A stretch of DNA of 64,000 bases from the NCBI GenBank assembly GCA_001599295.1, contig BCGN01000002.1:62001-126000 (forward strand). Direction: 5' to 3'. The translations under genes were made by a program, and so were the position numbers. The stretch is from Sporopachydermia quercuum (Eukaryota). This document shows positions 1 through 10,693 of this stretch, piece by piece. The notes below the pieces were generated by a model. That model did no database searches and was not told where the DNA came from. It saw only the letters and a list, made by a program, of their open reading frames with translations. Within the stretch, counting starts at the first letter, position 1; every line of letters begins with the position of its first letter.

Positions 1-3000
1 TGGGTGATTTCCTTCAAAAACAAGCTTTCTCTTGACCCATAAGGATTGAGCCATTTGATAAGTTCATCTACCTGGTCTGGACTATCATAATAATACCAAT
101 CTTCACTTCTTAGGGATACTCTTGGTAGTTCTTCTAATGCTTTCCGTTGTCTTGGTTCTAACAAATCATTCGTTAAAGCTTTAGGTAAGCCACCATAGTT
201 ATCATTAGTAGTAAAATCATATTTAACTAATAGTTCATCAGTAGACGTCTCATTGTCTTTCAAAAGCTTGTTCAACCCACAAATATTATCAATGTTGTCT
301 TTATTAATAGCATATACAGTCTCAACATCTTCGTCTGGAATCTCCAAAAATACCTTCCGTTCTTCATCTGTAGGACCCTGAACCCATAACCTTCCCATAA
401 GATAAGCATCATCGTAAGCAATTTCGACTTCTTCACCATCACTTTCAATTCCATTCACGTCTCCTTCTATATCAGAGTCGCCGTTTTCAATGGGTATATG
501 TCGTCTTTTTCGTTTTCTCTTAGAATACTCCAAATCTAGTTCCTCATCATCAGATTCATGTTTGCGCGAATTCTCATCATATCCGGCGTTAATTGAGTTA
601 AATGTAGTGTCACCATTTCCGCTATTTCCAGTACTGGTTTCATTATCACTTCCATTATCATCGTCAATATCAATAGCACCAGCAGTTGTTTTCAACCCAT
701 TAGATTCGAACCACCAGTAACGGTTATAAAACCTGTCTTTTCCAAGAAGTTTCAACCGTTGGCAATCTAACTCTTTAAGCCTTCTGTCAAAATCTTTGCC
801 GATGCTTGCTAGCTCATTACATCTAGTTTGACGTGTCTTAATTTCAGCATGGATTTCTTGCAAGCGCGTATGATTGGGAAGAAGCACAGCTTCAAGCTCT
901 CGAAGTATTTGCCTCCGGCCTTTCGGTGCTTCTTTTGCACCTTCAGACGTAACTGGAGTCCCGGTTGTCTTCTCTTCCTCTGTTGTTTTGGATTCTTCTT
1001 TCTGAAGTTCGGCATTTAGGATGCTGCGTCGTTCGCTCTGAAAACCTTTTATAGAATCAATGACTTGTTTATACAGCTTTCCGTTTTCCAGTTTTTCCTT
1101 TCTGACAATAGTTCCTTCATCCATACATTCTTCTAAGTATGTCTTAACAATGGGTGAGTTATATAGCAGTTCACATAGAATCTGTATAGCTCTAACACGT
1201 AATTCAATTGACAACTCAACAAGGAAACGTTGTCTGATAAGAGAAGGTGTCACCGGGTGCTCGACAGGAACCAGAACTTCGAATATTCTCCCGATATCTT
1301 GTGTCCAATCATCTACATATTGAATTTCATGAAGAACACCACATAAAATGATTTGCCATCCCCCATCTTTGAATAGCTTTCGATTTAATCTTTCTGACCA
1401 ATGTAAATTCTTGTAATTAAGAATAGTGTTGATTTTGCTTTTATCTTCTTCTGTATTATCGCGGTCCATTTCCGTTTGTCCATTCTCTTGCTCTTCCTCT
1501 TCTTGTTCATCTTCTCGCTCATCTTCATCTTCCCCATTTTGTTCATTTTGTTTCTCTTTCCTCTCCTTATCAGTTCCTGAGGTAGCTGCAGCATCATTAT
1601 CTACAGTAACGTTGGATTCCGGCTTCTCCACATCTTTTCCATTTTCATAACTGTGAAGCTTACTGGCTGCGTTTCCCTTTTCCTCTTCTTGATCTTCATC
1701 GTCCAGTTTTTCATCGTCAAACTCATTTCCTAAAACTTTACTAGAACGCTTTTCAAACAACTCACGAGGTATAAAATATGAAAAAACATTCAGCGTTTCA
1801 TGTTCTCCACTAACACAGTTGAGTAATGCACAAAATATCTCATCTAGCAATACACAGTCTTGGTCGAGTTCTCTGAACTTCAATGCTTCTAAATAGTCGT
1901 CAAAAGAGAAGTTATCAATCACCAAAGGGGTTTTGTACACGTTGATAAATTCCCAAGTTTGCAGTAAAACTGAAAGCATAGGATATCCTGCTTTGTTTTG
2001 GAACTTGGGACTTATAAGTTTTGGCTCAGGCCGCGTTTTTCGTTTATTCGGCCTCAACTGTCTCGCGTTTGCTTTGTCAGAGGTTTTTAGCTTCGTCGCT
2101 GACACACTACTCTCCCTAGCATGCTCTTCCAATTCAACATCCAAAACGGCTTCCATTTTCACACGTACTTCATCTGTATTTATTAATTTGTTCTGGACCC
2201 ATGGAACATCTCGGTAATCGTATCCGAACCAAAGGTCGTCTCGAACACTTGGCGTAGCTTTCTCATAAAAACCTTTTCTATTAGCTGTATATAAATTAAC
2301 ACCCTCTGGGTGGGGTAACACTATCTCGGCAGGTGAATCAGAAGATCGGCCGTTGAGTAAATTATTCAAATGTAATTTTGACTTCTGTTCTTTTTCTCTC
2401 AACTTATCTTGCTTGGCTTTGATCTTCGCTTGAATCTTCTCTTCTTTCAACCTCAGCTTTTCCTTCTCTTGTGCTTCCTTTTCAAGCTTCTTGCGCTCTC
2501 TGTCTAATTTCCGTTGTTGTTTCTGGGCGTCCTGCTCCAATAGTTTCCGGAACTTATGTAATTCTGGTGGGAGTTCTTGGTCAATGCGGTATTTTCTAGC
2601 AAATTTGTCCTTTACCAGCCAAGGGCTACCAGCACGGAGATCCCGTGAGACAGTAAGTTTGATAAAAGTTCGCAGATACCATTTGGTGAATAATTTTCGG
2701 TCTCGGGTGATTTGAGTTTCGTCTACTGTGAGTTCTTCGTTGGTGTCCAATACGGAAACTCTGTATTTACAAAATATAGGTCTTTGCATGATGGTTGATT
2801 TTCGACTGCTTTGACGTTTGCGAGAAGTGAGTTTCTTCTTTGGAGAGCTAGGTTCAACAGTTTCTGCAATTTCTGGTAAAACTTCTCCATTTTTCTCTGC
2901 GGGAGTTTCGGCTGAGGACTTCCGACCCCTACCCTTTTGACGTTTTTTCTTCGGCGGTTGAGCTTCAGAATAGTCATTATCTCCGTTAACAGTATCTTCT

Positions 3001-4076
3001 TTATTTTCGTTGAGACTTCTGGTTTGAACTTCGGACTCCAAATCAGCATTTTCTGCTTGTTTCACCTTCCAGCTTCTTCTCCTCTTCCGAGGTTTCTTTC
3101 CGGTAGTGGATTCTACCTCTGGTATATGTTCGGGTTCTGCCTCCGTCTCGACCTCGTTCTTAACTTCGGTTTTGGTAGTATCAAGGTTTGCATTGATTTG
3201 CTTCTTTGTTCTTCGCTTCCGTTTTGTCTTGGGTTTCTCTTCCTGTTCAGCTTCCTGTTCCTGTTCAATTTCAGGTTCCACTAGCGACTCCTTTTCTCTG
3301 GTTGCTTCCACAATAAGAATCGTCTCGTCATCAGAATCATCATCCATAGCACTTTTCATATGAGTAAGGAGTCCCTCATCCGTTTCGGCACCTTTTTTGG
3401 CCTTCGATCTTTTACCTGGTCGATTCGGGACAATGATTGTGGCCGAAGCTATAGGTTCATTAAATCTAGCTTTCTCTCGTATGATTGCACGAGCCCTATC
3501 ATGAACACCATCACGTAATATAACAACCTCGCCTGGATAAAAATCGTTCTTAAACTTAGTATACACGTTGTCCACCAGATTATCAAGTCTAGGTGTAGTG
3601 GAAAATTGAATATATCGTAAAATTGGTTCTCTCAGAGGCTCAGGGAAGTTCTGTTCAACTATTGAGTTTTCCTTCTGTTCACTCTTCAAGGCTTCGAAAA
3701 ACGTACAACCTGAGCTTCCTGTGACCTCGCATACAAACTTCTTCTCGTTATAATAATCCATTCTTTGCAGAAAGTCAGAGTACCTATCAAAGTACTCTTC
3801 TGTCTCAGGAATGAACCATACTTTGGTATTCAGGTCCTTTACAGTAGGAAGCACTGCTGGTTTTATTGGTTTTCTTTTATAAAGCACCTAGTAGGATAAG
3901 TTAGTTAGAAAGATCATTCAAATCATGTATTGAAGACTATAATGATTTTAACAAAACTTTTCACGATAAATCAATAGTAAGCGACATATCAGTGTATGCT
4001 TCTTACAGCATCAGTTGTAAAAAAGCAATGATAGGAAGAAGAGTTGTTATTCTTTTCTCTCATAGACACATACCAT
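1..4076 (-). CDS. ITC1: ISW2 chromatin-remodelling subunit Itc1 (WAC/DDT family); 3' end runs off the window. Exon 1 = ATG only (4074-4076), intron 3888-4073, exon 2 from 3887 down past position 1
   Basis: Not in the ORF track because it is open at the window edge. Minus strand reads M|VLYKRKPIKPAVLPTVKDLNTKVWFIPETEEYFDRYSDFLQRMDYYNEKKFVCEVTG...PEPLREPILRYIQFS...DFYPGE (WAC domain) and LLQTWEFINVYKTPLVIDNFSFDDY (DDT). Intron has a GTATGT donor, ACTAAC branch and TAG acceptor. Confidence 0.9.
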
Positions 4077-5544
4077 TTCAAACAATGCCTTTTGAGGCAC
4101 AAAACTGTCGCTAGGCCAGGGTTATTGATCAAATCCAAACACACAAGTATGTGCAAATCAAAAACACTTGATTGCACAATCTCGAATTTGAATGTAAACG
4201 CGTGAAATATAGGTGATATTATCACCAGATCAAAACAAACTTGGCGAATAGAATACCTAAGTAGCCAGATTCTAGGCTCCTAGAAGAAAGCAATTAAATA
4301 TAATACAATAATAAATAATTAATAGCAAAATACAGATGAAAACTAATTCATCAATAGCAACAGCATTCACTTTGGGGAAAACTAATAAGAGGTAACCAAA
4401 TGTATAATGGTGGTGGATCAATCAATAATAAGATATCTCTATGTTTCGCGCTCGTTAGATAGATATAAACACAAACACGTCATTTATAGATACACGAAAC
4501 AGACATAAGAGAGTTCAATATTGAGTGAATGATGTTAATGAAAGAATAGTTGCAAGGAGCATGACAATGCTTGAAATAAGATTAGTGCGACGAAATTAAG
4601 GAGACTGGGAAATATTAGCTGAATTGATATTTTAGAAGAACTTTTCGGATGAAAACTGCAGAATGAAAAAGATGTGGGAGATGAAAGGTTTAAATAAAGT
4701 TCGGTAATATGCAGGAAAGTGCAGAGAAAAATAACTGCATTCTGAAAGAAGAATAGTCTTGGCTATCATATTGGTTATAACATGAATGCTATAATATATC
4801 TAAATTACTGGTTTCTAACGGGGATGGCTTTTCTTGAAAAAATTTTGAACACTTTGAACGTGCAAAATATGCTCACAACAAGCCCTTTTTTGAGTGAAGT
4901 TTCCTCGCCGTGGTTATTTAGAGTTAGATGCTGGCGTCAATATTGCATAATGGAATAACATTCGAAAGTTCATTGACAAACCGTTGATAAGACAGAAATA
5001 GTTCAGTAGAAGGCGATCTCAAATTGAACTTCGCATGACAAGTATAAAACTAAAGCTAGCACCTCAATTACCAGCACTTTATTCCATTTTCTTGGATATG
5101 AGTTAGTTTAACAAGCCGAGAAAACGACCTATCTGAATGAATCACGTGTTATTCCGGATATTATGCAGTTGAAGATAAAGTTTCAAATCATTATCTCCGT
5201 TTTCATTGTTATCTTGTCAATTTCCTATTTCGGAATAACATAATACATCACCATAAATGCCTGTTCCCCACCAGCAATTAGCAACATTGTAGACCGACAT
5301 GTTTATTCATTGGAATAGAAAACAGTTTTTTGAATCTCAGTTCTAGATTTGAGATACTGAACTTTTTTTTCAATTTAGAACTGGTTCTATTGAAACAGAC
5401 TAACAGGGTTCACTCCGTTTACTCTGTCATCTCCGTATCAACCCCAATATTAGCTTACATCATCATAAACTATCAACCATCTACTTTTTGAGTCTCTGAT
5501 TACCTAATCATTTTATCTTTTCTTTATTACCCTTCTCAAAAACC

Positions 5545-5556
5545 AAAAAATTTTCA
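5545..5556 (-). promoter_or_regulatory. RRPE-like element (TGAAAATTTTTT) upstream of BMS1
   Basis: Matches the RRPE consensus of ribosome-biogenesis genes, about 450 nt upstream of the BMS1 ATG. Confidence 0.5.
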
Positions 5557-6007
5557 TTATTATGAGAGAGTTTGTGTTGAGAAATAAGAATTGTTATTAT
5601 GGCAAAGCAGCAAATCAAGTATATTAAATCCTTACTCAAATCGATTTTTCTACTATCAACAGACTTTTATTTTGTAAGTAATTTTGTAAGGTGATTGCAA
5701 CAGTTATTTGGTTATATTGTATAGGTTTCAAGTTGGAGACCAACTGCAGATTGCACAACTGGGCATCAACTAAGCAAACATACAACAGGAACACTATAGG
5801 TCTAGCCATCATTATTCTACTTTCACCAATACTATTGAACTATTATCTGTGATACTTCTAGTCCTGGATTGATATAATTTAGTTATTTTGGCTAGCGAAA
5901 TCACCGCTTTTTAAACACTAGAAACTGCTAGAAACTGTCTACCTTTCATTAATTTATACCTAGCATACAGATTTCAATATCACCTATCTACTGGCTACTT
6001 GTTCACA

Positions 6008-9000
6008 ATGGAGCAAACAAATAAGCCCCACCGGAAGGATAATAAAACAAAACCGAAATCAAAATCAAAACTGCATGCCAATGGATTCAATGCCAAGGCT
6101 TTCGCGGTCGCAGCACCGGGGAAGATGCAGCGACAGGCTAAAAGAACATCAGAAATAAACGAAAAGAAATATCATGCTCCAATGATAGATAGAACCCCTG
6201 ATGATCCTCCACCTGTAATTGTCGCTGTTGTTGGACCTCCAGGAACTGGTAAATCAACTTTGATCAAATCTCTAGTCAAGAGATATACCAAGCATACTAT
6301 TTCTGATATCAAAGGACCTATCACCGTTGTATCAAGCAAAAGACGTCGTCTAACTTTCATTGAAAGCACCAACGATGTATCTTCCATGCTTGATATAGCT
6401 AAAGTAGCTGATTTGATATTACTTATGATTGACGGTAATTTTGGCTTTGAAATGGAAACAATGGAGTTTCTGAACATGCTATCACCACATGGTTTTCCCC
6501 GAGTATTGGGAGTTACTACTCATTTAGATTTATTTAAATCTGCATCTACCTTACGTAATGCCAAAAAGACTCTCAAGCATAGATTCTGGACGGAAGTTTA
6601 CCAAGGAGCAAAACTTTTCTATCTCTCTGGTGTCATTAACGGTCGATATCCTGATCGTGAAGTTTTGAACCTTTCCAGATTTATCTCTGTTATGAAGTTT
6701 AGACCTTTGAAGTGGAGAAATGAACATTCCTACTTATTAGCTGATAGAGTACTTGATTTGACTCATCCGGCTAAGATTGAACAAGATCCAAAGATCAATA
6801 GAACTATTGCTTTGTATGGATATTTACATGGGTCTCCTTTACAATACTCTCAAGCTCCTGTTCATATTGCCGGCGTTGGTGATGTGAAAGTCAAGCTTGT
6901 TGAAAAGCTACCAGATCCGTGTCCCAGTCCTTTCACTATCAAGATGGAACAAGATAAAATAAGAGAAGAAGAAGAAGCAACGGGCAAATTGAGTCAGAAA
7001 TCTCGTAGAAAACGTCTAGATGAGAAAATGAAGCTGATACATGCTCCGATGTCAGATATTGGGGGTTTATTAATTGATAAAGATGCTGTATATATTGATA
7101 TAGGAGGGAGAAAGAAAGCTAGTGAACAACACGGAGATCACGACGATGAAACTGAATATAGAGGAGATTTTGTCCCTGGGATGGAAAGAGGAATTGGTGA
7201 GAAGTTGGTGACATCTCTACAATCTGTCAAGAAGTCATTATCGGAACAAATAGCAGACGGTCCTGGTGTTAAGCTTTTCACTTCTAGTGGGTTTATGAAT
7301 CAAGTTGAAGAAGATGGAGACAATAACGGAGAAGAAGATTCTGAGGCTGATGCTGAGAGTTCAGGTAATACTGGGAGAAAAATGCTGAGAAAGGCTCGCG
7401 TTACTGGTAAACCATTGAAGGAATTTGTCGAAGATGAGGCCAATAATGCCGGAATTTCGGATGAGGATGATGCTGGAGAATTGGAAGAAATAGATATTGA
7501 TATACAGAAGAATTATGACGATGATTCCGACAAGGAGGACTATGTTTTTGCTTCCGATGATGAGATTCCTTCGGATTATGCTGACTATGAAGATTTAGAC
7601 CAAAGCAGTACTAATTCCCGTAATGGGAATGATTCCAATGGCAATTCTTCCTCTGCTTCCCAAAGAAGAAACTGGAATATTGGAAAGCTTATCTATATGG
7701 ACAATATTTCTCCTGATGATGTAATCAAGAGATGGAGACAGGATGAAGATTTATCTGATGACGAACATAATGGACATGATGAAATCAATGACAGTGACTC
7801 TGATCAGGAAGAGGAAGAGGAAGAGTTCTTCAAGAAAACTGATGATATTAATGGAAACCAGAAACATACTAATAAGCCTAGTAGGTCTACTACAGTTAAC
7901 ACTGATTTTGATTTAGACTGCGCACACCCATCATACCTATATAGAAGTATCGGCGGTAATTCTAATGGTGAAGAAACTGGTGTTGATGTTAATAGTATCA
8001 AACACAGGTTTCTTGCTGCTCCTAAATTAGAGAATGGGGAAAACAATGGAAACTATGACGATGATGCTGATGAAGAATTTTATGGCGACTTTGAAGATTT
8101 GGAAACCGGAGAAAAGTTTGAGGAGGAAAACGGAAATGATAACAGTGATTTTGACTCCGACGCCGAGTCCAGCTCAGACTCTAACCCCGACTCCGACGCG
8201 GATTCTAAAGCCGAAAATAACCAAGAAACTTCGGCTAAAGATCTCAGAGAAGCGAACGCTAAGAAGAAAGAACAACTGCGTAAGCAATTTGAAGCCGAAG
8301 AACTGAACAATGATGACAGAGAGTTTGGAGCCATTGACCCAGAAACTGGTGAAGTTTACAATAGCTGGTACGACCACGAAAAATCCAAAATCAATAAACA
8401 ATTGGAAATCAATAAAGCGGAATTAGACGAGATAGAATCAGAAATCGGTGAAGACGCAAGACTGAAAATTGAAGGTTTTAGAGCAGGCAGTTATGTCAAA
8501 TTGGTGTTTGAAGACATTCCCTGTGAATTTATTGAGAGATTTGACCCCAAATTTCCTGTTTTAATTGGATCTTTGCTCAGCAATGAAATGCAATTTGGAT
8601 TCATGCAAATCAGAATTAAACGTCATAGATGGCATAAGAAAATTCTCAAGTCCAATGATCCTATCATTATGTCTTTGGGTTGGAGAAGATTCCAAACAAT
8701 TCCTATTTACACCACATCTGACTCTAGGACAAGAAACAGATTGCTGAAGTACACTCCAGAACATATGCATTGTATTGCTACAGTGTATGGTCCATTGATT
8801 TCTCCAAATACGGGTTTTGTTGCTTTCCAGAATATTGCATCGTCTTCTAAAACTGGATCATTCAGAGTGTGTGCTACAGGAACGGTTCTGGAGATTGATA
8901 AGTCTATTGAGATTGTGAAGAAACTGAAGCTTGTTGGATATCCTTACGAAATTCATAAGAACACAGCATTCATCAAGGATATGTTCAATAATAGTCTGGA

Positions 9001-9685
9001 AGTTGCTAAATTTGAAGGAGCCTCTATCAAAACAGTGAGTGGAATTCGGGGTGAAATTAAAAGAGCATTAAGCAAACCTCAAGGATGTTTTAGAGCTACT
9101 TTTGAGGATAAAATTTTGAAAAGTGATATTGTTATTATGAGAACGTGGTATCCTGTTCAAGCACGTAAATTCTATAATCCCGTTACATCGTTATTATTAC
9201 AGGAGAAAGATAATTGGAAAGGAATGAGACTTACAGGAGAAGTAAGACATGAATTAGGATTATTGACCCCATCACAACCAAACTCTGAGTATAAAGGTGA
9301 AGTTGAAAGAGTAACAAGACGGTTCAATGGTTTGAAGGTTCCTAAGTCTTTACAGGCTAATTTACCTTTCAGAAGTCAACTGCACGCAATGAGGCCTCAG
9401 AATGAGAAAAAACAAACGTATCTAGCTAAGAGAGCTGTTGTACTTAATGGTGAAGACAGGAAAAAGAGAGATCTTATGTTGAAGGTTCACACGTTGAAGA
9501 AACAGAAGGATGCTATTAGACAAGAGAAGAATGAAGAAAGGTTGAAACTCAGAGCTAAGAAGGTTTCATCTGATCAAGAGAAGAGAAAAGAACGTGAGAG
9601 ACGGGAAAAGAAGGAATACTTTGAACGCGAAGGGAAAAAGAGAAGAATCGATGGTGACGGAGATAGTCGCAAAAAGAGGAGATGA
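6008..9685 (+). CDS. BMS1: Ribosome biogenesis GTPase Bms1
   Basis: GPPGTGKSTLIKSL P-loop, DIAKVADL, HRFWTEVYQGAKLFYLSG, C-terminal AARP2CN/RIBIOP-type region (GWRRFQT, KTVSGIRG); ATG at 6008. Confidence 0.97.
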   Translation: MEQTNKPHRKDNKTKPKSKSKLHANGFNAKAFAVAAPGKMQRQAKRTSEINEKKYHAPMIDRTPDDPPPVIVAVVGPPGTGKSTLIKSLVKRYTKHTISDIKGPITVVSSKRRRLTFIESTNDVSSMLDIAKVADLILLMIDGNFGFEMETMEFLNMLSPHGFPRVLGVTTHLDLFKSASTLRNAKKTLKHRFWTEVYQGAKLFYLSGVINGRYPDREVLNLSRFISVMKFRPLKWRNEHSYLLADRVLDLTHPAKIEQDPKINRTIALYGYLHGSPLQYSQAPVHIAGVGDVKVKLVEKLPDPCPSPFTIKMEQDKIREEEEATGKLSQKSRRKRLDEKMKLIHAPMSDIGGLLIDKDAVYIDIGGRKKASEQHGDHDDETEYRGDFVPGMERGIGEKLVTSLQSVKKSLSEQIADGPGVKLFTSSGFMNQVEEDGDNNGEEDSEADAESSGNTGRKMLRKARVTGKPLKEFVEDEANNAGISDEDDAGELEEIDIDIQKNYDDDSDKEDYVFASDDEIPSDYADYEDLDQSSTNSRNGNDSNGNSSSASQRRNWNIGKLIYMDNISPDDVIKRWRQDEDLSDDEHNGHDEINDSDSDQEEEEEEFFKKTDDINGNQKHTNKPSRSTTVNTDFDLDCAHPSYLYRSIGGNSNGEETGVDVNSIKHRFLAAPKLENGENNGNYDDDADEEFYGDFEDLETGEKFEEENGNDNSDFDSDAESSSDSNPDSDADSKAENNQETSAKDLREANAKKKEQLRKQFEAEELNNDDREFGAIDPETGEVYNSWYDHEKSKINKQLEINKAELDEIESEIGEDARLKIEGFRAGSYVKLVFEDIPCEFIERFDPKFPVLIGSLLSNEMQFGFMQIRIKRHRWHKKILKSNDPIIMSLGWRRFQTIPIYTTSDSRTRNRLLKYTPEHMHCIATVYGPLISPNTGFVAFQNIASSSKTGSFRVCATGTVLEIDKSIEIVKKLKLVGYPYEIHKNTAFIKDMFNNSLEVAKFEGASIKTVSGIRGEIKRALSKPQGCFRATFEDKILKSDIVIMRTWYPVQARKFYNPVTSLLLQEKDNWKGMRLTGEVRHELGLLTPSQPNSEYKGEVERVTRRFNGLKVPKSLQANLPFRSQLHAMRPQNEKKQTYLAKRAVVLNGEDRKKRDLMLKVHTLKKQKDAIRQEKNEERLKLRAKKVSSDQEKRKERERREKKEYFEREGKKRRIDGDGDSRKKRR

Positions 9686-10382
9686 GATAGGTATGGTGCG
9701 ATGTGCTGTATATAGTGTGGTGTGTGAGAATAAAAATAGTTGTGTTCATATGGATCTTTTCATGTATATTTTTGGGAAAATGAATAATTCGTAGTAAGGA
9801 TAAATTTACTAAAAGTAAGAATAAAAGAAGCCTTCAATTGACATGCCATAGAAATTTAAGGTTCACTTTTCATGTATGTTTGATTATTCATGCATAATCA
9901 GAAACCAGTTATTTACATGTTCATATTAAACATCTTTTTAGATCTCTCATCTTTTCTGATTCACATGTTCATGAAATGTTCAGCTTTCAACTGGTATGGA
10001 GGTTGACTTTCAAGTTTGAAGTTTCTTTAAGTTAAAAGTACCTGCCATATCTTGATTCCTAACAATTAAATATACTTATGTTTTATTTAACAGTAATAAA
10101 ATCATCTACTAGAGAGGACTTTTTCCATGCAAACTTCGAAGATTTTTGCTGGCTAATCCTAGCAACAAGCTCCTGAATGTTTTACTTCCACTATTTTGTA
10201 TTCGCTAAATCCTCAGCATTATGCTGAAAGAGACCTACCAATAACGCAGCACTGAAATTTGTCATGGTCCCCGAGGTCTTCGAAGGGGATAGATCGGGTG
10301 ATAAGGAAAGAGAAAAAATAACTTCTACCCATTTGTCCCATTTCCCATACTTCCACAGCCTGCGTCCCAAATCATACTCAAA

Positions 10383-10645
10383 CACGAAAAAACGCGAACT
10401 AGCTTTTGTAATAAGCAACATAAACAAACAAACAAACAAAAAACATCAAATCAATCACTGTTTGCTTACTTATTTACCTTCCAACTCTTTATACTCCTGG
10501 ATACTTGGAATGTTTAGTTTGTTTTCCTATCATACGTCAGATCATTCTGAAACACTGTAATTCATATTGAAAAACTAATACTGTCAATTTTATCAAACGT
10601 TCAACAATCCATCTATCTAGATTTGATTTAATCATCGCCACGCGT
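10383..10645 (+). promoter_or_regulatory. G1/S SCB/MCB elements upstream of TOS4 (CACGAAA 10383-10389, ACGCGA 10392-10397, ACGCGT 10640-10645)
   Basis: Consensus SBF/MBF sites clustered before a gene that is an established G1/S target in other yeasts. Confidence 0.55.
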
Positions 10646-10693
10646 CTAGAACGGGCTACTACTGCTAGATTGACTGTTTGATAATTACTTACA

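Noticed and set aside
272..3363. Many short ORFs listed in the track
   Set aside because: Antisense or off-frame shadows of the long ITC1 reading frame; the same applies to short ORFs overlapping BMS1, TOS4, NMD2, SHE4, TRE, NIP100 and RPT4.
5010..5110. DLKLN / KTK...FHFLGYEL peptide resembling RT motifs 6-7
   Set aside because: No YxDD motif upstream and the fragments are too short to distinguish from chance.
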